This document shows positions 1 through 9,371 of a stretch of DNA of 58,077 bases, piece after piece. Made by a program: the position numbers and the translations under genes. Position 1 is the first letter of the stretch; each line of letters begins with the position of its first letter. Below the pieces are notes generated by a model. That model was not told where the DNA came from, made no database searches, and saw only the letters and a list, made by a program, of their open reading frames with translations. Origin of the DNA: a virus (Duplodnaviria > Caudoviricetes); IMG/VR virus record IMGVR_UViG_3300036819_000091, positions 1-58,077 of that record, one strand, 5' to 3'.

Positions 1-270
1 GTGTCGGACGAGTTCGCCCGGATGATGCAGGCCGAGGGCATGGCCGGCGCCAAGCCCGACTCGCGGGGCCGCATGTACGCGCTGCTGGCCGAGGTCCCCA
101 ACGTGGGGCTGTCGGTGCTGGAGATCGGCGCCCGGCTGGAGCGGGAGCGCATCGGCGTGGACCGGGGCACCATCCACCGGTGGCTGCGCGCAGACCTGGA
201 GGCGGTCCCGCCGCGGATCGTCAAGAGGGGCGACGGGCAGGGCGCCCGGTACCTGCTGGCCAAGCAGTGA
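1..270 (+). CDS. C-terminal fragment of a protein ending in a probable winged HTH
   Basis: Frame open from the window edge; 'GLSVLEIGARL...VDRGTIHRWL...RYLL' has an HTH-plus-wing pattern. Confidence 0.5.
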   Translation: MSDEFARMMQAEGMAGAKPDSRGRMYALLAEVPNVGLSVLEIGARLERERIGVDRGTIHRWLRADLEAVPPRIVKRGDGQGARYLLAKQ

Positions 271-488
271 GCCCGCGCCGCCCGGTGCCTGCGGGCAGGT
301 GCGCGGTGCTGTCGCATGAGTGGGACAACGGGTGGGGCGGGCTGGTCGTCCTGGAGTGCGACCAGCCGCCCGGGCACCGCGGCGTAGAGCTGGCCCACGG
401 GTTCCTGCTGACCGCGCCGGGCCTGCACCACGACCCGCACGGCATCGTCTGGATGGACTGCGGCCGGGACCACCCGCACTGCTCCTGA
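267..488 (+). CDS. Small Cys/His-rich hypothetical protein
   Basis: GTGA overlap with the upstream stop; C..CDQPPGHRG..HHD pattern. Confidence 0.6.
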   Translation: MSPRRPVPAGRCAVLSHEWDNGWGGLVVLECDQPPGHRGVELAHGFLLTAPGLHHDPHGIVWMDCGRDHPHCS

Positions 489-557
489 GCGGCGTATAAC
501 TGGGGGTCCGGCCGCGCTGGCGGCCGGGGGGCGCTGCCCCCAACCGGAAGGACATCC

Positions 558-1181
558 ATGATCCGCACTCTCAGGCGGGCGCTCGCGCTGCTCGCCGTGC
601 CCGCCGCCGCCGTGGCGCTGGTGGCGCTCCCGCAGGCCGCGCAGGCCGCGCCGGCGCACCCGGCCCGCCATGCCGTGGTCAAGCCCGACGCCACGTTCGG
701 GGCGTTCTACATCTGCGCCAACGGGGGCGCCGGGCTGTGCCTCCAGAACAGCGGGGTGACCAACTCGTTCGTCGCCAACGACGTGATGGCGGCGGGCGGC
801 CCCACCAAGCAGGAATGGAAGCTGGTAGAGGTCGGGTTCGCTGACCACTCCACGTACCCGTTCGCCACCAAGGCGCTCAACCAGCAGGTGGCGGCGGGCC
901 GGACGGTCTACACCATCCACAACACGTACAGCAACGTCGAGTGCCTGAATGCCTCGACCAGCTTCGAGACGATCATGGAGCCGTGCACCGGGCCTAACCC
1001 GGTGACCGGGCAGCTATTCGTGGCCACCGGGTCGGGGCGGCTGGTCAACGTCGCGTTCTCCAACGCGCAGGGCGCCCTGATGTTCTACTTCTCCAGCGGC
1101 ACTGACGGGGGCCGGCCCGGGTTCACGTCGGTGGGCACGCACCCGTGCCCGGCGTTCTGCTGGGGCAACGTCGATCACTAG
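558..1181 (+). CDS. Secreted protein, probable ricin-type beta-trefoil lectin-like
   Basis: RBS GGAAGGA; signal peptide ending AQA; GLCL..QEW and ECL..C..QLF repeats resemble QxW subdomains. Confidence 0.6.
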   Translation: MIRTLRRALALLAVPAAAVALVALPQAAQAAPAHPARHAVVKPDATFGAFYICANGGAGLCLQNSGVTNSFVANDVMAAGGPTKQEWKLVEVGFADHSTYPFATKALNQQVAAGRTVYTIHNTYSNVECLNASTSFETIMEPCTGPNPVTGQLFVATGSGRLVNVAFSNAQGALMFYFSSGTDGGRPGFTSVGTHPCPAFCWGNVDH

Positions 1182-1308
1182 CCTGACCTGCGCCGCTGGC
1201 GCATAGCAGGGCGTACTGGCCCGTCACCCGGCACACCGGGCGGCGGGCCAGTACCATTCCGGGTGTCCGGGCCGCCGTGGCCCGGCCTGGCGAGGGGAAC
1301 ACCGCAAC

Positions 1309-2151
1309 ATGAGAGCAACACGGTTCACTGCGCCGCTGCTGGCGCTGGCCGCTGCTGGCGCGCTGGCGCTGGCTGCCGGCGCGCCCGCCGGCGCGTCCGG
1401 GGTGCAGAGCTGCGCCACCACTGGCGCGTCTGCCTGCTACACCGACCTGGCCACGCAGGCCCTGGCGGGCCGCATCGTCGCGGGGAACAACGGCGAGGCG
1501 TTCAACAACGTGCGCGGCACGTTCCACCCCGCCGTGGGGTCCACGTCGAACGCGGCGGTCACGCTCCAGACCAGCCTCACCACGGGCGGGTTCACCGCGG
1601 AGGAGGCCATGGTGCTGGGCGGCGGCACGTGCCCCGCCGACGAGTGGGCCGTGGAGGGCGGGCTGGGCACCACCACCGCGCCGGGGCCGCTGGCGCTGGT
1701 GTCGCTGCACCAGCTCCCCGGCAGTTTCTGCGTGGCGGCGGGCGGGTCGTTCTACCTCGACCTGTACTACTCGACGCTGCGCCGGCAGATCGACTTCCGG
1801 GGCGGCCTGGCCGAGTTCACCAACACCAACGTCCTGGAGTCCGACTTCGTGGGGCTGCGCGTGTTCCGCGATCCCAGCGTGGGGGTGCACTACACCGCGG
1901 CGCTGCCCACCGTGGATCAGTCGCAGTTCTGCTTTACCCGCGACGGGCTGACCAAGCTGAACCACCCGCTGCTGCGGGCGGGCAGCACCAACTCGCGGCT
2001 GAACCTGGCCAGCGTCAACGCCAACGACGTGCAGGCCCTGGTGACCGCTGACGGCCCCCCGGACCACCCCACCGCGGGTGACCCGGTGTTCCTGCGGGCC
2101 TCTGCGGGGTACGGCACGGGCGGCTCATTCTGCGTGGCCGCGACCGGCTGA
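1309..2151 (+). CDS. Secreted beta-rich protein (weak resemblance to peptidase G1/A4 fold)
   Basis: RBS GAGGGG; signal peptide; 'LAGRIV...AFNNVRGTF' loosely matches the G1 N-terminus; high GC3. Confidence 0.55.
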   Translation: MRATRFTAPLLALAAAGALALAAGAPAGASGVQSCATTGASACYTDLATQALAGRIVAGNNGEAFNNVRGTFHPAVGSTSNAAVTLQTSLTTGGFTAEEAMVLGGGTCPADEWAVEGGLGTTTAPGPLALVSLHQLPGSFCVAAGGSFYLDLYYSTLRRQIDFRGGLAEFTNTNVLESDFVGLRVFRDPSVGVHYTAALPTVDQSQFCFTRDGLTKLNHPLLRAGSTNSRLNLASVNANDVQALVTADGPPDHPTAGDPVFLRASAGYGTGGSFCVAATG

Positions 2152-2169
2152 CCGGGCCAGCACCAGAGC

Positions 2170-2211
2170 TGCAACAGCCCCGCCACACAGTGCTGTGGCG
2201 GGGCTGTTGCA
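2170..2211. terminator. Strong hairpin between convergent gene blocks
   Basis: TGCAACAGCCCCGCCACA-cagtgc-TGTGGCGGGGCTGTTGCA, perfect 18-bp stem. Confidence 0.85.
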
Positions 2212-2335
2212 TGCGCGTGGCATGCGGTGTGGCGCCACGTGGCGCCCGTGTTGTATCCGCAGGTCAGCGGCCCCGTGCCCGCCCTGGAGAGGGGCCGGCG
2301 GGCACGGGGCCGCTGAGCCTGTGGCGGTGTGGCAG

Positions 2336-3170
2336 CTAGCGGGCGTATACGTGGGCCTCGGTCAGCTCGGAGCCGTCCACGTCCAGCGCCCATGCCACCT
2401 CATAGACACGGGCTGCGGCCACGTCTCTGGTGCGGATCAGGTCCCCGATGCGGGGCACGGCGGGGAGCGTGTAGTGGGCGGGGCGGATGCCGGGCCGGTC
2501 GATCCACACCTGGACGGGGATCACGGTGTCTCCTTCGGTGCGGCGGTGTCGGCCAGGTAGCGGGCACCGTCAGCGGCGTGGCGCAGTTCGCTGGTGACGG
2601 TGCCCAGCCGGGCGGTCTCCTTCTTGGTGATGCCGGGCTGGTGGTGCCTGGACCACACCAGCGCGGCGGCTGCGTCGGCCTGCACTGCGGCTATGCGCAG
2701 GGTGTTGGCGGTGGCCTGGTCAATGGCCACGGGGGGTGTCCTGCGGGGCGTCGGGCGCGTGGGCGGCCAGGGCGAGCGCGGCCTGGCAGAGGCGGACCAG
2801 CTCGGCTACCTGGCCGGGGTCCATGCGGACGGTGCCCACGGTGGTGGTGCCGTCGCTCCAGGCCGTCACCGGGAACCTGTAGCCGCGGTGGCCGCAGGCG
2901 GTGCCCAGCTCTACGCGGGCCAGGTCAGGTGCCATCGGCGCACCGCTGCCCGGCCAGGCACGCCGCGACGATGGCGGCCTGCTGGATGCGGATGGTGTCG
3001 CGCCAGTCCTCAAACCGGCGCTGCTGGCGGGCGGCTATCTCCCTGACCGAGTTGCCGGGGGTGATGATCGCCATGGGCGCCGGGGGCGGCCGGTAGTCCA
3101 GCCATGCCTGCCACTGGCGGTAGTGCTCGGCGCAGAGTGGCCGCTGGGCGGCGGTGTCAGTGGCTGGCAT
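2336..3170 (-). CDS. Four small hypothetical proteins (2336-2524, 2521-2730, 2720-2935, 2925-3170)
   Basis: Contiguous ORFs with short overlaps and non-shadow amino-acid composition. Confidence 0.6.
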
Positions 3171-3978
3171 GGTCGGGCTCCCTGCTGGTCGCGGCGGCGA
3201 TGACGCGGGCGGCTGCCCGGCGGTTGCCGCCTAGGTGCATGTCGGCTAGCTGCCGCGCGGACAGCGCCCGGCCGCTGCGGGCGCTGATGGTGTAGGCGTC
3301 TGCTGCGGCGGCCAGCGCGGCGGCCTCTGCGGCCGGGCCGGCGGCGCGCCTGCGCCGCGGTGCGGGCCGGCGCGGCGGCCCGGGGTCCGGGTCCGGGCCG
3401 GGGCGCGCCGGCGGCGCGGCGTAGGCGTACGGGTCGGGGTCGTCGGGGAACGACGGCACGCCCGGGTGCGCCGCCGGCGCGGGCTGGCGGGCCTGCTGGC
3501 GCAGGTACCGGCGCAGGGCGGCGCGGGCGCGCCACCCGGGCCGGGCCGCCGGCTGGCGCGCACGGGCGGCGCGGATCAGGCGCTTGAGCATGCCCAGCCC
3601 GACCGCCAGCAGCAGCGCCGCGGCGAGCGGCGGCACCGCGGCGGTGGCGCGCCAGGTCCAGGCGTCTGCCCATGCGTGGCCCACGTTGCCGGCCACGCTG
3701 GCGGCCAGCCCCGCGGCGGTGATGATCCACGCGGGCCACCTGGCCCGCCACCCGTAGCCGTCCAGCACCATGACGAACAGCACCATCTCGCCCACCACGG
3801 TGAAGCTGTCCACCATCAGGGGCCAGATGTACGCCCAGCCGCCGGGCAGCCCGTGGGCAGCCGCCCAGCCGAGCAGCGACCGGAACGACTCGGACAGGGC
3901 CACCGCGGTGGCCGCGATGATCCCCGCGGCGGCGACGGCCAGGGCGGCGGTGCGGACGGCGCGCTGCACGGCGCTCAT
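3157..3978 (-). CDS. DUF2637-family membrane protein with C-terminal HTH-like segment
   Basis: Four TM segments; 'SFRSL..WAAAHG..AYIWPLMVD' and 'SVAGNVGH..AAVPPLA' motifs; Pro/Ala linker, then 'LSARQLA..LGGNRRAA'. Confidence 0.75.
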   Translation of the reverse strand: MSAVQRAVRTAALAVAAAGIIAATAVALSESFRSLLGWAAAHGLPGGWAYIWPLMVDSFTVVGEMVLFVMVLDGYGWRARWPAWIITAAGLAASVAGNVGHAWADAWTWRATAAVPPLAAALLLAVGLGMLKRLIRAARARQPAARPGWRARAALRRYLRQQARQPAPAAHPGVPSFPDDPDPYAYAAPPARPGPDPDPGPPRRPAPRRRRAAGPAAEAAALAAAADAYTISARSGRALSARQLADMHLGGNRRAAARVIAAATSREPDHASH

Positions 3979-4696
3979 GCGGCTGCCTCTGCCGCGGCGG
4001 CGGCGGCCACGGCGAGCCGGTCAGCGTCGAATCCGGCCCCTGTGCGGTGGGCGCGGACCAGCGCCCGCGCCGGCGGGTGCACGGCGGCTAGCTGCTCAAG
4101 CAGCCTGAGCGGCCGCTCGCCGCAGCCACGGCATACAGAGCCGGGCCACGGGACTGGCAGGCAGGTGGTTAGTGCCAGGTGGCCTCTGCGGGCCGCACAG
4201 TCGATCTGAGGGCCGCCGCGGGGGCAGGCCAGGGTGCCGTCCGGTGCGCGCCCGTACCCGCCGGTCACGGCGTCCACCGGAACACGCTGCCCTGCGCCCG
4301 CATCATGGCCGCAGACTCGTCCCAGACGTGCCAGTCGGGGGAGTCGTCCAGGTCAGTCATGGTGACCCGCACGCCCATGACCTGGTCGGGCATGCCGGGG
4401 TACGGCTGGCCGCCGCCGGGCAGCAGGGCCGCGGCGATGAGGTCAGCGGCGTCGCGGGCCAGCACCAGCACCAGGGCGCTGCCGGTCCGGCCGGGGGCGG
4501 GGCCGCGCAGGTACTCGTCGGCGGCCTGGAGCGCCACCGCGCGGACCATGGCCTCCGCGCTGGCCCGGGTCATGTTCTCCATGACGGCACGGGCGGCGTG
4601 GTCGGTGGCCAGGGCGTCCATGGCGTCCAGCTCGGGGGTGCCGTGCATGGCGCGGCGCACGTCTGCCAGGCGCACCCGGCTGGCGGGGGCGGTCAC
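3975..4696 (-). CDS. Two hypothetical proteins (3975-4268, 4265-4696)
   Basis: GTGA-coupled ORFs. Confidence 0.6.
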
Positions 4697-5208
4697 AGCG
4701 CCGCCACCCCGCACGCGGCGGCGGCGCGGACCACCGCGTCGGCCAGGCCGCCCGCGTCGTCGGCGCGGCCGGCCATGGGCATGGCGGCGGCCAGCAGGTC
4801 GCGCCACGCCGCGGTGGCGGCCACGGTCGCGGCGGGGTCGTGGCGCTGGATGTGGCGGGCCACCTGCGGGGTGAGGTCCTGCACGTCGGTCAGGGCCAGG
4901 TTGCAGAGGCCCCGGCCGCCCATCGCGGGGTACTGCTGGTCTGAGTACAGGCCGGCGCTGTAGCTGCCGCACCCGCTGCGGGTGCCGTCGCCGGGGTGGT
5001 ACAGGATCTCCTGATTGCCGGCGATGGCCAGGCCGGGGTCTAGCAGGGTGTCGTCGTGGGCGCAGTGCCACCGCCACGTCTCGGGCTCTGCCGCGGGCTG
5101 CCCGGGCCGGCCGCAGGCGGCCATGGCGGCCCGGTCCTCGTCGTTCAGGGCGGCCAGTATCAGGGCGGCGGCCCGGTGCATCTGCGCGGCGGTCAGTCGG
5201 TCGGTCAT
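4693..5208 (-). CDS. DUF6221-like protein
   Basis: 'ARHIQRHDPAATVA' motif; CTGGAGAGG RBS. Confidence 0.6.
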   Translation of the reverse strand: MTDRLTAAQMHRAAALILAALNDEDRAAMAACGRPGQPAAEPETWRWHCAHDDTLLDPGLAIAGNQEILYHPGDGTRSGCGSYSAGLYSDQQYPAMGGRGLCNLALTDVQDLTPQVARHIQRHDPAATVAATAAWRDLLAAAMPMAGRADDAGGLADAVVRAAAACGVAAL

Positions 5209-5303
5209 GGTGTTGCCTCTCCAGGGTTGGCCTCGGTCAGCGGATCGTGAATGCAGGGGGCTAGCGGAGCGCCCACGCGGCGCGCAGCCACCCCCACCTT
5301 TGG

Positions 5304-6200
5304 TCACAGGTAGTCGTCCGGCGGGCCGTCCGGTGACCCGTCCGGCCAGTCCTCGGCCAAGGAGACGGCAACTGCCCGCTCCAGTAGCGGGTAAAGCGGG
5401 GACTCGTCCGTGGCGTCCGGCGCGAGCCGGGCGAGCCGGTCCGCCAGCTCGATCAGATCTTCTAGGGCCTGCTGCACCTCGGCTGCCTGCCGCTGGCGGT
5501 GCGTGATCATCTCGCGGTACTGGCCTAGCGTGGCCTCACCGCATCGGATATGCAGCCAGCTACCCTCTGCATCACGGATGGTGACCATGGCCGGGCACAG
5601 GCCGATCTGGTCATCGCGGTCACCCCGGATTACCCCGGCGATGGTGGCGCGTAGCCCGGCCGGCACCGGACCACCCTTCAGCAGGTCTGCGTCGATGTCC
5701 AGCTCGCTGGCCAGCCCTGTGACCATGGCGGCCATAGTCACAGGGCCATCCGTCCCGTGGACGATCTTGGCCGCCGCTTTCCTGAACCGCGTGCCGCCAC
5801 TACTGAGCCGGGCCAGCGTCCGCTTACGGCGGGCGGCCTGGTAGTAGGCAGTGGGACTCGACACCGCTCGAAGCTCCCGGATGAAGTCGCTGAAATCCTG
5901 ATCGGTCATCTCCGCGTACCAGGTCGCGGCCCTGCGCTCGTGTCCCTCATACGGATGCCAGCCGAGCTGTGCCATGCGCCGCAGGGCCGTACATTCCAGG
6001 CGGGCTGCCTCCAGCGCAACGTCAGCAGCGGTCTTCTTGATCTTTGCCCATGTCCGCACCAGCTCTGCCTTCTCGCGGGCCGCACCGGCATCGGCAAGCG
6101 GCGCGGTGCCCATCGACTCCCGTACGGCTCGCATCTGCCCTATGAGCAGGCTGCCATCAAGATGGCCGCCGTCAGCGGGCACCGCTAGCTCAGCGCTCAT
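5304..6200 (-). CDS. Hypothetical protein with atypical (lower GC) composition
   Basis: RBS GGAGGG; 298-aa ORF with visibly more A/T third positions than its neighbours. Confidence 0.7.
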   Translation of the reverse strand: MSAELAVPADGGHLDGSLLIGQMRAVRESMGTAPLADAGAAREKAELVRTWAKIKKTAADVALEAARLECTALRRMAQLGWHPYEGHERRAATWYAEMTDQDFSDFIRELRAVSSPTAYYQAARRKRTLARLSSGGTRFRKAAAKIVHGTDGPVTMAAMVTGLASELDIDADLLKGGPVPAGLRATIAGVIRGDRDDQIGLCPAMVTIRDAEGSWLHIRCGEATLGQYREMITHRQRQAAEVQQALEDLIELADRLARLAPDATDESPLYPLLERAVAVSLAEDWPDGSPDGPPDDYL

Positions 6201-6218
6201 GTGTTTCCCTCCACGTCC

Positions 6219-6791
6219 CTATCGAAGTTCCCACGCGGCGCGGAGCCACCGGGCCGGGTTCAGCCGGGCGCGCCGCTCGGCCGCGAGGATCTGCGCGGCC
6301 ACCGCGGCGTCAGCGGACCCCGGCCACGACCGGTACACCACCAGGCCGCTGCGGTACCGCCAGTAGTTCGACTTGATGCGGTTGCACCGGCCGCAGAGCG
6401 TGACGAAATTCCACAGCACGTTCAGGCCGCCGCACGACCACGGGCGGACGTGATCGAGCTGGAGCTGCCACCCGTCGCCGCACCAGAGGCAGGCGTCCCG
6501 GTCGGCGGCGTACACCGCGCGGCGCAGCAGCACCGGGATGTGGGGACGCCCCTCGCGGCGGTCACGGTGCCACATGCGCCACCGGCACGGCACCAGGCCG
6601 CCGGCCAGGCCGGGCAGCCCGTACACCACGGCCACGGCCAGCAGCGGCCAGCACGGCAGCACCAGCACCGCGGCGGCAGCCAGCCCAGCCCAGCCCAGCG
6701 GCCGGGCCTCGTGCTGCCACCCTGCGGCCAGGCCGGCCAGCAGGCAGGCGTCTGCGCCCAGCAGGTGCAGGCGCGGCCTGCGGCGGGTCAC
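6219..6791 (-). CDS. HNH endonuclease with hydrophobic N-terminus
   Basis: CLWC..QLDHVRPWSCGG..NFVTLCGRCNRIKS; N-terminal hydrophobic stretches; GTGA coupling. Confidence 0.85.
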   Translation of the reverse strand: MTRRRPRLHLLGADACLLAGLAAGWQHEARPLGWAGLAAAAVLVLPCWPLLAVAVVYGLPGLAGGLVPCRWRMWHRDRREGRPHIPVLLRRAVYAADRDACLWCGDGWQLQLDHVRPWSCGGLNVLWNFVTLCGRCNRIKSNYWRYRSGLVVYRSWPGSADAAVAAQILAAERRARLNPARWLRAAWELR

Positions 6792-7413
6792 TGCGGCCAC
6801 CCCCCGTCGTCTTCCAGGGTGTCGGCCTCGGGCAGCAGCGGCAGCCCGGCGGCGCGGCGGTGCGGGTTGGCGGCGCGGCAGCAGTCGGGGCAGACCGGCT
6901 CGAAGCTGCACGGCTGGCCCGGCGCGGGGACGGTCGGCTGGCCGTCCACGTAGATCACGCCGATGGTGGGCACCCGGTCGGGGTCGCACATGAACACCCG
7001 GCCACAGCCAAGGCACCTGGCCAGCAGCATGGCGTACCCCTCGCCTGGCAGCCTCATGACCAGCCGTCCTCTCCGCGCTGCACCGGGTGGCGGTGCTCGC
7101 GCTTCCGGGCCTTGTCGTCAGCGGTCAGCAGGGTGGCGCGGTGCCCGGCGCCGAGACGCGGGTCAGGGAACGCTGCCTGCTGCTGCTGGAAGCACGCCGG
7201 GCACAGCGGCAGCCCGGCGGCGCGGTCGTACTCGTCCTGGTCCCCGGTGCCCAGCCAGGTGTCCGGGTCGGTCTCTGCGTCGGGGTCCCACTCGTGCAGG
7301 ATCCGCTGGGAGCCGTCCTCGTGGCGCAGGTGCGCGTGGCTGCCCCCGGCCTGGTACACCCGGGTGAACACGGGCGCCTGGCCGGGGGGCGAGTCGTAGG
7401 CGTCGGGGGTCAC
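6788..7413 (-). CDS. Two small CxxC hypothetical proteins (6788-7057, 7054-7413)
   Basis: Coupled ORFs with CLGC/CPDC and CPAC motifs. Confidence 0.6.
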
Positions 7414-8432
7414 TTGCAGGTCCACGGGTCCAGGGCGGTCGGCACCAGCGCCAGCGCGGCGCCGGGCTCGGCCTTGCTGCCCGTCCACCGGTCCACCAGC
7501 ACGTAGCTGGTGCCGTTCAGCGCCAGGGCGGTGCGGGGCTGCCCGGTGCAGGTGCCGCCGGGCAGCACGCCCCGGTAGGTCCACGGGCCGGCCAGGGTCG
7601 CGGCGGTGGCGTACCCGGCGCTGACCGCGACCGCCCCGGCGGCGGCGGCCCGGGTGCCAGAGCAGTACCCGCAGTTCGGGGTCGAGAGCACCAGCGTGTA
7701 CCCGCCAGAGCTGTGGTACACCCCGTCTCCCTCGCCCACCGCGCCGGGCACCGGGATGTCCTTGTCGGCGCCGTTCGTCATGCCCGTGGCCAGGGGCTCC
7801 AGGTGAATGGCGCGGCTGGTGCCGGCGCACACCAGGTACCCGGTGCCGCCCTGGAGGGCCAGCGAGAAGTCCCCGCCGGCCTTGCACGCCGAGTAGATCG
7901 CCGGCTTATGGGGGCTGCCGCACGGCCCCGCAGGCCCGGAGCACGTCATGATCCAGTACGGGTTAGCGTGGCGGCCCTTGTCGCCGGGGGCGTTGAACCA
8001 GAGCAGCCACCGGCCGTTCGGGGTGTGCAGCATCCGCGGGTTGAAGCACCCCTGCCCGTCGCCGCCGCACATCTGCGCCCACGTCTTCCCGTTGTCGCCG
8101 GGCCAGTTCGCGGAGATCTTCGCGCCGGGGCTGAACAGCAGCTTCGGGGTGGCCCACGGGCCGCCCGCAGCCTTGGCGGTGCTGACGCCGAACCCGCACC
8201 ACGGGGTGCCACGGGTGCCCCACGTGAACCCGCACCCGTACCGGGTGCCGTACAGGTAGTCGGTGGTGCCGCTGGTCAGCGCGGTGCCGTCGTGCAGGTC
8301 CAGGCCGGCCAGGGTGATGGTGGCCGGCGCCGGGGCAGTGGCGGCGCGGGCCGGGCCGGGTGCAGCGGCAGACGCGCAGGCCACCAGGCCCGCGCAGGCC
8401 AGGGCAGAGGCCATGGCAGTGAGCAGTTTCAT
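7410..8432 (-). CDS. Secreted GH43-like five-bladed beta-propeller glycoside hydrolase
   Basis: Signal peptide; 'LHDG..YLYGTRY', 'FNPRM..WLLWFN', 'GDFSL..GYLV', 'EGDGVY..YTLVLS', 'ATLAGPW' follow the GH43 blade pattern with candidate D/D/E residues. Confidence 0.7.
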   Translation of the reverse strand: MKLLTAMASALACAGLVACASAAAPGPARAATAPAPATITLAGLDLHDGTALTSGTTDYLYGTRYGCGFTWGTRGTPWCGFGVSTAKAAGGPWATPKLLFSPGAKISANWPGDNGKTWAQMCGGDGQGCFNPRMLHTPNGRWLLWFNAPGDKGRHANPYWIMTCSGPAGPCGSPHKPAIYSACKAGGDFSLALQGGTGYLVCAGTSRAIHLEPLATGMTNGADKDIPVPGAVGEGDGVYHSSGGYTLVLSTPNCGYCSGTRAAAAGAVAVSAGYATAATLAGPWTYRGVLPGGTCTGQPRTALALNGTSYVLVDRWTGSKAEPGAALALVPTALDPWTCK

Positions 8433-8447
8433 GTCTTGTCCGTCCGG

Positions 8448-9280
8448 TTAGTGATCGTCTCGGATGAGCTGGCAGCGGATGCAGCCAGCGGGGCCGCCCG
8501 CGGTGTGGGCGGCGTGGAACGGGGGCAGCTCGGCTATCTCGCGGGCCACGGTGACCCGGAACCGCTCGCCGCCGGGCAGCACGGTGATGGTGAACCACGC
8601 GGTGCCGTTGGCGTGGTTGACCACCAGCACCCCGTCTGTGGTGACGGTGCCGCCTACTTCAGCGTCCACCGCCTCGATAGCCTCGGCGGCGGCCTGCGCG
8701 GCGGCGGCCGGGGTGGCGGCGGGCATCAGAGCACCGCCAGCCGGGTGCCGCACTGCCGGCAGGTGAACCCGCTGGGGCGCAGCAGCGCGGGCCACCCGCA
8801 GCACTCTGGCACGGCGGGCCCGGTGTAGAACGGGGCCCGCCCGGCGCCGGGGTGGTGCTGGTGGAACGTGCCGCCCAGGTCTAGCCGCACCTTGAGCGAC
8901 GAGTACTCGCCCATCAGCGCGGTGGCGGCGGCCTGATCGCGCTGCCGCTTCGGGCCGGTCATCAGGGCCATGGCCCGCTCGCCCAGCGCGGTCAGGTAGG
9001 CGTACGGGTTCGGCAGCAGGTGCGCCACGTCGGGGTCGTCGCCGCAGGCGTGGCCGTCGCGGTCTGCCCAGCCCCACTCGTCGGCGCCGGGCACGGGGGC
9101 GCGGTGCAGCAGGGCGGGGCACAGCGCGCAGGTGGTCTCGGCGGTGGTGTCGAGCCACGCGGCGGGCACCTGCCAGGCGGCCTCCAGGGCCTTGGCGTAC
9201 TGCGGGTCGCGGCTGGCCAGCAGGTCGCGGGTGTGCTCCCGGTTGGCGGCGGCCCTGCGGTCGCGCGTGGTGGCGGTCAT
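8448..9280 (-). CDS. Two hypothetical proteins (8448-8726, 8726-9280)
   Basis: TGATG coupling; strong RBS before 9280. Confidence 0.65.
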
Positions 9281-9333
9281 GTTGTGCTCCCTCTCCAGTG
9301 GGTGCCCGGGCCGTGGTGCGCTGGCCCGGGGCC

Positions 9334-9359
9334 AGCATACACCTACGGGTACCCGTTCT
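9334..9359 (-). promoter_or_regulatory. Putative promoter (-10 TATGCT) with repeated operator AGAACGGGTA-N3-GTAGGT
   Basis: Intergenic; the motif recurs at 14458-14476 and 15465-15483. Confidence 0.7.
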
Positions 9360-9371
9360 AGGCCGGGCTGG

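Noticed and set aside
2284-2292. CTGGAGAGG copy on the + strand
   Set aside because: No start codon at RBS distance; not counted as a functional element
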